Origin: a virus
Lineage: Duplodnaviria > Caudoviricetes
DNA length: 48,561 nt
Virus record (IMG/VR): IMGVR_UViG_3300044844_001069
Location: 1-48,561 of that record
Strand: one strand, 5' to 3'
Shown here: positions 34,541 through 42,579 of the stretch, in pieces
Layout of the letters: each line of letters begins with the position of its first letter
Numbering within the stretch: position 1 is the stretch's first letter
Program-made: the position numbers and the translations under genes
The notes under the pieces: generated by a model
The model's input: the letters and a program-made list of their open reading frames with translations, nothing else
Databases searched by the model: none
Told to the model about the DNA's origin: nothing

Positions 34541-34788
34541 TGGACACTGTCGCAATTGCAAAATATATCAACACATACGGTTTCCCAATTGTTGCCGCAG
34601 GTGGCATGGGATATATCGTTTATTTCGTGTGGATATGGGCAACAACAACCGCAAAGCCCATTCTTGAACAAGCGTACAACGTCCTTGTTGAGCTTATAGA
34701 TCAGATTCGCGTACTTGATAATGACATGATTCGTCTAACACAAAAGTTATCGACAATACTTAGTCTTCGTCAAATCAAAAAAGACTAA
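34540..34788 (+). CDS. Small membrane protein, paralogue of the preceding gene
   Basis: YGFPI + TM + coiled coil. Confidence 0.6.
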   Translation: MDTVAIAKYINTYGFPIVAAGGMGYIVYFVWIWATTTAKPILEQAYNVLVELIDQIRVLDNDMIRLTQKLSTILSLRQIKKD

Positions 34789-34874
34789 AAACAAATTTCA
34801 TCCAAATAGCTTAAATCTTCTTTTTCTGTAACCATCCCAGTTAACCATTCCCAAACTTCTTTTGCGTAAAACAT
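34785..34874 (-). CDS. 29-aa acidic peptide with its own promoter (not in ORF track)
   Basis: AGGAGG RBS; MFYAKEVWEWLTGMVTEKEDLSYLDEICF. Confidence 0.6.
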   Translation of the reverse strand: MFYAKEVWEWLTGMVTEKEDLSYLDEICF

Positions 34875-34894
34875 AAAACCTCCTGAGTTAATTT

Positions 34895-34930
34895 GTGTAA
34901 TATAATACACTATTAGTTTTTATTAGACAA
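34895..34930 (-). promoter_or_regulatory. Promoter with operator GTGTAATATAATACAC
   Basis: TTGTCT-17-TATTAT on the minus strand; 16-mer identical to 9289-9304. Confidence 0.65.
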
Positions 34931-34931
34931 T

Positions 34932-34964
34932 AAAAAACCCCGACAGCCGTAAAGCCGTCAGGGT
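34932..34964 (-). terminator. Terminator of the head operon
   Basis: Minus strand ACCCTGACGGC...GCTGTCGGGGT plus T run, after the capsid gene stop. Confidence 0.8.
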
Positions 34965-34978
34965 CATATCACTTAAAA

Positions 34979-35962
34979 TTAAGCGAGTTCGATTACCGCA
35001 GCAGGTAATGTATTCAATGTAAGCACGTTAGTTTGTGCTTCAATTTGCATACCTTTACCAAACTCTAAAATCTCGCTTTTTGCATAATATGGTTGTGCCA
35101 TTGTGTTGACAGTTTCCATATAGTTAGCAGGTGCAAAGAAATGTTTGAATTGACCAGCTACACCCAATGGAATCGCATACGCTTTATCATCAGGCACTTT
35201 AACTAGGTTTGAACCGCGATAACGGACGTGTTGTGCATCACCATAAGTCATTGGTGTGCGTGGGTCACGACCTAAGTTAACAGCCGCTGCCCAGTTTTGC
35301 ATAGTCGCTTTAATTGAAGGACACGCAATCAACTGTTTCCATTTTGTTGCACCATAGATGATTTGGATACCAGTGTATGGGATACCGTCTAAAGCCGCTT
35401 CCATTGCTTCATGAATACGCATCATTTCAACTTCAAGTTCCAATGAGTTTGAAGTCAAATCAATAGCAATTGATTTTTTCTTAACACCCATTTCAGTGTA
35501 AAGTGAAGTCAATGCGCCTGTTGCACTATAATAGTTACCTAAAATAGCTTGAAGACGATGTGATTCCATCGTGTAATCAATTTGTTCACGCATACGTTGT
35601 AAGCGTTTGTTGATAACGCTTTCAACAGTGCGAAGTTGATTAGTTGAACCAAACTCACGAACGTTTAATACTTCGTCAGCCATCACAGTTGCGCGTTGTG
35701 GCAAATGCGGAATAACGAAAGATTGAAGTTTACGTTTGTTAACTGCTTCAACAACTTGAGCAGGTGCATTGCGTGGTCTAATATCAACTAAACCTACAGT
35801 ACGACCATCAGTTTCAAGCGTTACGCTGTTGGTTGCTAAAGATTCTGCTTCGAAAATACCCAAGTCGCCAAGCAACGTTGGAGTATAAGGACGAGCGATA
35901 ATTGACTGGGTTAATTCTTCTAAGCCAAACCCAGTTGTAAAAGGCGACATTGTTAAAGGCAT
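34979..35962 (-). CDS. Major capsid protein, lambda gpE family
   Basis: LG.LG.F, IPHLP, VR.FG, TMES.R.QA..G, FAPANY.ETVNT...P.YAK. Confidence 0.93.
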   Translation of the reverse strand: MPLTMSPFTTGFGLEELTQSIIARPYTPTLLGDLGIFEAESLATNSVTLETDGRTVGLVDIRPRNAPAQVVEAVNKRKLQSFVIPHLPQRATVMADEVLNVREFGSTNQLRTVESVINKRLQRMREQIDYTMESHRLQAILGNYYSATGALTSLYTEMGVKKKSIAIDLTSNSLELEVEMMRIHEAMEAALDGIPYTGIQIIYGATKWKQLIACPSIKATMQNWAAAVNLGRDPRTPMTYGDAQHVRYRGSNLVKVPDDKAYAIPLGVAGQFKHFFAPANYMETVNTMAQPYYAKSEILEFGKGMQIEAQTNVLTLNTLPAAVIELA

Positions 35963-35965
35963 AAT

Positions 35966-36904
35966 TTACGCTCTCACGATAATGAATTTAGTAGAAAGGT
36001 CAGCTAAAGCCTGTGCTTTTTGAGCAGCAGTGATGTTAGTTTTCCATGTTAATTTACCGTCAAATACTTCGCCCATACGAGTGAAGATAGTTGCAGCCAA
36101 ATCAGAAGATGAAGCATCAACGTCATTGTATAGAATACCAGCAGCGACTTGTGAGCCGTTGATTGCTGAAGCATCGTGCTGAGTCCATTTTGGCACTGGT
36201 AATTGAATGGTAACAGTGAAGTTATCACCAACAACGAAATCAGTTGCACCATCAGCAATAGTGATTGTGAAATGGTTTCCAACAGAAGTTGCACCAGCAG
36301 CAACAGTTACGTCAGCAATAAATTCACCTGTTAATGGTGCATAAACGCTAAATGTACCTGCGTTAGCTGCCGCTTCAGTTAAGCTAACTGAATAGACGCC
36401 AGATTTAGCTAAACCACCAATTGCACCAAGTGTAATTGTGCCGTTACCAGTTCCTACGATAGCAGTATTAGTAATTGTACCTGTTGTCGCAGCAGCAACA
36501 ACAACGGTAAATACATCGCCAACTGCTGAGTTGGTAACGTTAACTAAAGTTAAAGTGAAGTGGTCATCAATGTTAATTGCGCCAGAACCGACAACAGCAT
36601 TGGTTGCTAATTGTTCACCTGTTGGTAATTCAACTTCATAAACCGCTGTAGCACCTGCTGTGATACAAGTTAAAGTGTATGTACCAACAATTGCGTTTAC
36701 GCCTAATGCGCCAACAGTTCTTGTGACAACACCTGTACCTGTAACCGCAGTTGAAGTTGCAGTGGTATTTTTAGTAATTTGACCAAGAACAGAACCGCTT
36801 TTCAAGTTTTGACCTGAAGCCAGTGTGCCAACGTCAACTGATTGTTGTTCTTCATCAGAAAGCAACCATTCGACTGGGTGATTTCCTTCGAGTAATGTAG
36901 TCAT
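35966..36904 (-). CDS. Head decoration protein (gpD-like) with two inserted beta domains
   Basis: L.SG..L..G.VLG.IT N-terminus, GSQ.A.GILY..VDA C-terminus; duplicated insert ending GD.FTV. Confidence 0.85.
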   Translation of the reverse strand: MTTLLEGNHPVEWLLSDEEQQSVDVGTLASGQNLKSGSVLGQITKNTTATSTAVTGTGVVTRTVGALGVNAIVGTYTLTCITAGATAVYEVELPTGEQLATNAVVGSGAINIDDHFTLTLVNVTNSAVGDVFTVVVAAATTGTITNTAIVGTGNGTITLGAIGGLAKSGVYSVSLTEAAANAGTFSVYAPLTGEFIADVTVAAGATSVGNHFTITIADGATDFVVGDNFTVTIQLPVPKWTQHDASAINGSQVAAGILYNDVDASSSDLAATIFTRMGEVFDGKLTWKTNITAAQKAQALADLSTKFIIVRA

Positions 36905-36918
36905 ATTTTATATTCCTA

Positions 36919-38241
36919 TTATTTGTGAGAATTCAGATAAGCCTGACGTTGTGCTTCAAGTAATTCCATATTTGAAAAAGAATCTTGAAGTTTGTTACCT
37001 TGAATTGGGTCTTTATCAACCAAAGTAACTGGTACAGTGCTGTCAATTTTAGCAGTAGATTCAACTTGTTCTGCAATCAACGTTGCGCGAGCTTCTTCTG
37101 CTGAGATGCCACTTTTAGCTAATAAAGCAGCAACATTTTGTTGAACACCAGCCGCTGCACATAAGTCTAAGATTTCAGAATTGATTTCTTCTACTTTTGG
37201 TGCGTCTTGTGCTATTTCTTCAACTGCTTTTTGTTTAGAAAGCAGTGATTCAATAAATGATAATTGATCTGGCGTAAAAGGCACGTCAGGTGTTATCGTT
37301 TCTTGTTCCATTTTTACCTCTTTCATCGATGTTGAAGTGTTAATAAGGCTGTTTGTTATTTTATCATTACTTTCATTGATATAGTTGATTAAATCATCAA
37401 ACGTACCAATTTTGTGTGCTAAACCTGCTTTTACTGCTTCTTCGCCCCGATACCAACGAGCTTGCATACCGTAAATTTGTTCAACAGGCATATTTAAATT
37501 ACGCGCACACGTTTTTTTAAATACTGCGTCCATTGCCATAATATCATCAGTAAACATACTGATGGCTTCCTCTGTTAAAGGCTGGTCAGGATTGCCATCC
37601 AATTTGTGAATATCAGAAGCGATATAATTAAATTTAATGCCTTCCATTTCATTGCGAGCTGTTTCATCAACTAGGCAAACATATGTGCCAATTGACCCTG
37701 CAACACCGCTACGAGTAATCCAAATTTCATCAAACGCACTGGCAATACCGTAGGCAGCCGAGCAAGCTTGTAAATCCACCATAGCCATCAATTTAATTTG
37801 ACCACCACGCATATTATAAATAAAGTCTGATAAATCACACATCAAAGCCGCTTGACCGCCACATGAGCCAAATTGACCAATAATGTGAGTAACATTGGCA
37901 TCAGCTTGAATGCGCTGAAGGTCTTGCTTCAATTCTTCATAACTAAGTGGTGAAGCTTCACACATATTGCCGTAGGTGGGACGAGCAGTAAGAACCCCAC
38001 GAATGTCAAGAACAACAACATTATCGTTAAGATAGTATGAACAGCGACTGCCGCCTTCTTCATAATCCATACCGTCATTTCGCACATCGCCATGCAGATA
38101 CCCATGCAGAATAGGAAGGGCAGCAGTAGGCTCAATGTGCAAAGGTTGATTAAATGTGTTTTCATAAAGTTGAGTTAAGACTGTTGATTTCACACCACCT
38201 TTATTAAAAAGGCGACTAATTGCTTTCAATGGATTTTTCAT
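36919..38241 (-). CDS. S49-family prohead protease with scaffold region (gpC-like)
   Basis: I.G.L, S.GG, ACSAAY.IAS, GSIG, EA..AGLA. Confidence 0.92.
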   Translation of the reverse strand: MKNPLKAISRLFNKGGVKSTVLTQLYENTFNQPLHIEPTAALPILHGYLHGDVRNDGMDYEEGGSRCSYYLNDNVVVLDIRGVLTARPTYGNMCEASPLSYEELKQDLQRIQADANVTHIIGQFGSCGGQAALMCDLSDFIYNMRGGQIKLMAMVDLQACSAAYGIASAFDEIWITRSGVAGSIGTYVCLVDETARNEMEGIKFNYIASDIHKLDGNPDQPLTEEAISMFTDDIMAMDAVFKKTCARNLNMPVEQIYGMQARWYRGEEAVKAGLAHKIGTFDDLINYINESNDKITNSLINTSTSMKEVKMEQETITPDVPFTPDQLSFIESLLSKQKAVEEIAQDAPKVEEINSEILDLCAAAGVQQNVAALLAKSGISAEEARATLIAEQVESTAKIDSTVPVTLVDKDPIQGNKLQDSFSNMELLEAQRQAYLNSHK

Positions 38242-39726
38242 TTAATTTCCTGTTTGGTTAGTTGGATTAGGTGCTAAACCGAGATCAATTTCCCGTTGTT
38301 TAATTTTTGCACGTTGGGCATCAATCTGTTCAGCATTGCCGTTACGTTCACGAATTTGCGTATCACGGTCAATATAACCATTATCCTTAAGTAATATTTT
38401 GGATTGAACATCTTGTACTGGATGAATGTAATCAAATGCTTCGGGTGTCCACTGACATCTTTGATATTTACGTTTGTTTTTGGCGTAATCAACAACAGGA
38501 ACTAATCCTGCTACGACAGCCGCATCAACACACCAACGCCAGATACCTTGACAGACTTGCGGAATCGTAAACAATGATTGACGTTGACGAACAATACGTC
38601 TTTCATTATTTGCGGCAAAACGCAAAACACGATCATTGGTTTGTGACCAATCACCTGTCATTTGCGCATAAGAAACACCAAAACCTGCTGCAATACGCAA
38701 TCCTGCATGATATTGAAAATCTTTGTAGCCTTGCCCAGTTGCATGAGATGGTGCGAAAGTAATATCTTCATCATCAGCCAAAAACTGAACTGTACCCGCT
38801 TCTAAATTCACTTCAGGCACTTTATCAATATCTACTTCAGGATTAGCACCAACAAGGCTGTTTGAAGTGTTCATTGCTTCAAGTTGTTCAACTGAGGGTG
38901 TATTTTTTCTAACAAAAGCAACAAATCCTGCTTGGCTTGCCGCCTTTTCAGATTCATTGTCATCATAGGTTGCCATTACACGAAGTGGAACTAACGATTG
39001 AACGCCTTTTGGTGTTCCACGTTGTTGCCCAATTCTTCCGAGTTCAGGAATGAAATGATGGATAACATCAGCAGCAGGAACGCGAACAAGTTGAGTCGTA
39101 TCAAATAAATTGCGCTCGGAAGGATGAGATTTGTACATCCAATACGCCATTCTATTGCCAAGGTTGTCATACTCAATACCATTTATAACTAAATTATTAT
39201 TAGATGTAACCGTGTTTAGCCACATTGGGCAAAAGTCAGATTCAAGTAATTGGATTTGAACAGGTAGTGTTAAGCCATCAGACTTATATCGAGGTCTACG
39301 TCTAATGAATACTTCCCCTGACGTATTACGGGCAGATACGGCTAAGAATATTGCACCATATCCACCGACAATACCACCTGCAACTAAATCAGGTTCATGG
39401 TCAATCCAAAGTTCCATCATTGCGTCATTGAAGTCTTGCCAAGGCGTGTTAGGCATTGGTGTAATTTGACTTCCAACTTCATCAGATACTGCTGCCATTC
39501 GCGCATTAATCGCAAATGAATTTTTACGTTGCGCTTCGCGTGATCTTTCTGCAATTAATGAATATCGCTCACGGATAGCGTTATTTGGGGAATAACTACT
39601 TGTACCCCAGTTTTCACTTCTGCGTCCTACACCACCAGCATCAAACGCTTCAGATACAGGGTCTGAATCCATTTTGACTGTTTTTGGTGCTGGACGAAAT
39701 GCTTTAAATGATTGTCTTTTCTTCAT
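38242..39726 (-). CDS. Portal protein, lambda family
   Basis: GEVF.R, QLLE.D, NGIE.D..G...AY, GQ.RG.P, IAAG.GV.Y...TGD.S, I.P..D. Confidence 0.95.
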   Translation of the reverse strand: MKKRQSFKAFRPAPKTVKMDSDPVSEAFDAGGVGRRSENWGTSSYSPNNAIRERYSLIAERSREAQRKNSFAINARMAAVSDEVGSQITPMPNTPWQDFNDAMMELWIDHEPDLVAGGIVGGYGAIFLAVSARNTSGEVFIRRRPRYKSDGLTLPVQIQLLESDFCPMWLNTVTSNNNLVINGIEYDNLGNRMAYWMYKSHPSERNLFDTTQLVRVPAADVIHHFIPELGRIGQQRGTPKGVQSLVPLRVMATYDDNESEKAASQAGFVAFVRKNTPSVEQLEAMNTSNSLVGANPEVDIDKVPEVNLEAGTVQFLADDEDITFAPSHATGQGYKDFQYHAGLRIAAGFGVSYAQMTGDWSQTNDRVLRFAANNERRIVRQRQSLFTIPQVCQGIWRWCVDAAVVAGLVPVVDYAKNKRKYQRCQWTPEAFDYIHPVQDVQSKILLKDNGYIDRDTQIRERNGNAEQIDAQRAKIKQREIDLGLAPNPTNQTGN

Positions 39727-39728
39727 GC

Positions 39729-39974
39729 TTATAATCCATTCATAGCAGAGCGTTTGAACCTAGCGATGTTAGGTGGACGAGTTGATTTATCAGGAGAATT
39801 GAGAATTGCATCCATAGCGAGTTCATTACGAATTCGATTGATTGCAACACGCATTTCGTTCATAGACTGATATTTGGTTGTCGTAGTGGAATTTCCTTCT
39901 TTGTAGGTAATTTCTGTTACGCCAAGCGCATAAGCCTGTTCTAGTGCTGTTAATTGTTCTTGTGTGAATGCCAT
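39729..39974 (-). CDS. Head-tail joining protein (gpW-like)
   Basis: MAFTQ.QL.ALE.A.A.G...I.Y...Y.S..E; precedes portal. Confidence 0.85.
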   Translation of the reverse strand: MAFTQEQLTALEQAYALGVTEITYKEGNSTTTTKYQSMNEMRVAINRIRNELAMDAILNSPDKSTRPPNIARFKRSAMNGL

Positions 39975-40163
39975 AAATACCTTGTGTGTTTTAGCTAAAA
40001 ACAGCTTTGATTATAGCATCGAAGGCATTAAAAAAGAAAAACCCATTACAAAGAAAGCAGTAATGGGTTTGAGGTAAGCGTAGGTTAATCGTCAACTGCA
40101 ATATTACTTAGTAAGCCAGTAATCAATAAGCCGATAATAAAACAAATAAATAATATTATCAAA

Positions 40164-40376
40164 TCAAGCATTGGCAATACGCCTTTTAACGATGTTATCA
40201 AGTTCTACAAATTCGTGAATCGTTATTGCTTCATCATTGCTATTAATAAATTTCCCAAGGAATTTGATTGGAATACCTTTTCGATGAATAGTTACTTCTG
40301 TGAACTGGTTTATGCCAACGATGCTGTCACGGTCTAGTGACATTATTCTGCCTGTTTTCAATTCTTTAAATCTCAT
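40164..40376 (-). CDS. Hypothetical protein
   Basis: ATGA-coupled operon gene. Confidence 0.65.
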   Translation of the reverse strand: MRFKELKTGRIMSLDRDSIVGINQFTEVTIHRKGIPIKFLGKFINSNDEAITIHEFVELDNIVKRRIANA

Positions 40377-40564
40377 TGTAATTCTCTTTTTTTAATTAAT
40401 GATTTTTCCCAAAGAGCAAGGAATGGCTCAATATAGGCATCATCCCAAGCTAACATTTCGTCTACGCTGTGTGTTGGCTTGGGAAGTCGCCCTGAGTAAA
40501 GAGCCATTTCGAGTTGCATATTGGATACGTTAAGGCGTTTCTTCACCATTGCTATTGTTATCAT
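40373..40564 (-). CDS. AlpA/excisionase-like winged HTH protein
   Basis: V...L.VS........G.LPKP.......W pattern. Confidence 0.65.
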   Translation of the reverse strand: MITIAMVKKRLNVSNMQLEMALYSGRLPKPTHSVDEMLAWDDAYIEPFLALWEKSLIKKRELQ

Positions 40565-40781
40565 TTATGCCTTTTTTATAAGTAACAACTTTTTCTTTTT
40601 TCATTTCAATTTCGCGTTTAACACCCATCAACAAGTAATGCAATTGGCTTTCTTTATCTGTTTTACTCCAATTGTATAAGGTTTGAACGCTAACTTCCGT
40701 GATTAAAGAAATGTCTTTCACATCCATAAATGGTGGTAAACCTACTTTTTCCATCATTTTTAATATTTTAACTTTACTCAT
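40530..40781 (-). CDS. HTH DNA-binding protein
   Basis: VKDISLITEVSVQTLYNW. Confidence 0.7.
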   Translation of the reverse strand: MSKVKILKMMEKVGLPPFMDVKDISLITEVSVQTLYNWSKTDKESQLHYLLMGVKREIEMKKEKVVTYKKGINDNNSNGEETP

Positions 40782-41149
40782 TAATAATCATCTCCAAATT
40801 CACAAAATTCTGATTCCCAAAAATAGTCAAATATAAATTCAACAATTTGGTTAACATCAGTAAAAATAACAATACCTTCACAATCGCCTTGATACCAAGT
40901 GAAGTACGCATACTCAGTTAATAAACTTAACGCATCTTCTGTACTAGCAATACCTTCTAAATAAATAGCATATTCAATACGGTTTTTATCCGTAATATCA
41001 AGTGTTAAATTTTCAACAACAAGTACATTTGCCAATTCCAAATTAATAGAATACTTTTTTTGAAAATCAGTTACTTCTTTTAAATCTTTTTCTTGAAGGT
41101 CTAATAATTGGTAACGCATTTTTTCTTTAACGCTAATTTCAATACTCAT
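40781..41149 (-). CDS. Hypothetical acidic protein
   Basis: AAGGA RBS; operon packing. Confidence 0.7.
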   Translation of the reverse strand: MSIEISVKEKMRYQLLDLQEKDLKEVTDFQKKYSINLELANVLVVENLTLDITDKNRIEYAIYLEGIASTEDALSLLTEYAYFTWYQGDCEGIVIFTDVNQIVEFIFDYFWESEFCEFGDDY

Positions 41150-41198
41150 AGCACAAGTTCCTTATTATCTGTTGATGTAAGCTTACTTTTTAAATCAC

Positions 41199-41405
41199 TC
41201 ATTTTATACCTACCTGTAGTTCACCTTTTACGTTTCTTTCCATCTCATAAACAGCATACATTTTACCGTCATGGATGATAAATTCACCTGTTGTTACTTT
41301 AATCACTTCGTAGTAATGACGATGAAATGCTGAGTCAATACTCCAAGTTAAAATTACACCTAAACAAAATGAGGCAATAGCTACATATATCATGTCGTAT
41401 TTCAT
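41199..41405 (-). CDS. Hypothetical protein with N-terminal TM helix
   Basis: Hydrophobic N-terminus; overlaps the upstream stop. Confidence 0.7.
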   Translation of the reverse strand: MKYDMIYVAIASFCLGVILTWSIDSAFHRHYYEVIKVTTGEFIIHDGKMYAVYEMERNVKGELQVGIK

Positions 41406-41683
41406 TCTATTCCCCTTGTTTTAAGCATTGCATCAGCCATAAGATAAGCATTTACCGCAATTTCAAACAAATATTCAGATTTTTTTGTCGGTATTCCTGA
41501 ATATGCTGTTATTTCAGCTTCCATGGCTTTTGCTGCAAAAAGATCACGCAAACTTATTGCATCTCCATAAACTTCTTCAATCCTATCGGCAAATAACTCA
41601 ATCATTTGGTCATCACAAAACCCAACCTCATCAAAACAGTCGGCAATTAAATTTGCTGCTTTTAATGCTTGTTCTCTGCTCAT
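41402..41683 (-). CDS. LRD.FAAKAM-motif phage protein, copy 1
   Basis: LRDLFAAKAM...AY.MADAML. Confidence 0.8.
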   Translation of the reverse strand: MSREQALKAANLIADCFDEVGFCDDQMIELFADRIEEVYGDAISLRDLFAAKAMEAEITAYSGIPTKKSEYLFEIAVNAYLMADAMLKTRGIE

Positions 41684-42246
41684 AAAATTTCCCTAAATTT
41701 AATTTGATTTCTAATTTGCAATTTAGCGTTCATATACGCTATTCGTGCGTGTCGTGCATCATCAAAACTACCTAAATATTCACCGCTAAGATTTCCTTTT
41801 TTTATTTTGACAACATACTTGTTATTATTTTTTACTGAAAATACGCCAAAATTATCAAAATTATTTATCAAATGCATCCTATCGGAACGAGTAATGACTT
41901 GCATATTACCCGCTTTATGATTATGTTTATCGTCATCAAGATATTTGCAAACATAATTATTTGATAGATAAACGCCTTTTTGTAAATAATAGATAACTTT
42001 CCATGCGCAAAAGAATTTACGACCAATAAATACAACATCGTTATCTTTGCCATTTGGTGAATTTCTAATGGCATTTTTACCGATACGATGTTTATGAAAT
42101 GACTTCAATCTAATTAATTCACCCGTTTTAGGTAAATATTTAAATGTGTCACGCAGAAATAAATACTCATCATTTTTTAATTTGATTTGAATAATTGGTG
42201 CAATTTCTTGTGCCAATTCAGATTTAGGCAAAAGTCCATCACGCAT
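41680..42246 (-). CDS. HNH-AP2 homing-endonuclease-like protein with degenerate active site
   Basis: Y.P.TG.L; CKYLDDDKHNHKAGN in place of DHI.....N....N; AP2-like YLGSF....A..AY. Confidence 0.75.
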   Translation of the reverse strand: MRDGLLPKSELAQEIAPIIQIKLKNDEYLFLRDTFKYLPKTGELIRLKSFHKHRIGKNAIRNSPNGKDNDVVFIGRKFFCAWKVIYYLQKGVYLSNNYVCKYLDDDKHNHKAGNMQVITRSDRMHLINNFDNFGVFSVKNNNKYVVKIKKGNLSGEYLGSFDDARHARIAYMNAKLQIRNQIKFREIL

Positions 42247-42497
42247 TACTGCACACTCCCATATTGTTTATCCATGCAAACAGCAGAAATAATACGAGAA
42301 GGTTTGCGTATCATTTGATATGCGCCATAAGCGTTTTCCATTTCTGATACAGCATTTTTACACGCTAATGCACTTGGAAAATTGCTAATTACAACAGTGT
42401 TAACTGTTTCTTGTTCAGAAAGGATACTGCGACCACTTGGTTTTTCTGTTGAAACATTGGTGACAAGAATTGATACCGACAAAATTAAATCAAACAT
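42246..42497 (-). CDS. Hypothetical small protein with F.S..AC...C motif
   Basis: AAGGGG RBS; first gene of the island. Confidence 0.7.
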   Translation of the reverse strand: MFDLILSVSILVTNVSTEKPSGRSILSEQETVNTVVISNFPSALACKNAVSEMENAYGAYQMIRKPSRIISAVCMDKQYGSVQ

Positions 42498-42579
42498 TTT
42501 TAAATCCCCTTGGTTAAAATTAAACTTCGGGGAAATTATAAAATTTATTTAAAATAATTACAAATAATTTTTAAAAATA

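Noticed and set aside
40373-40564. Integration/excision module
   Set aside because: No integrase or att site recognised in the window.
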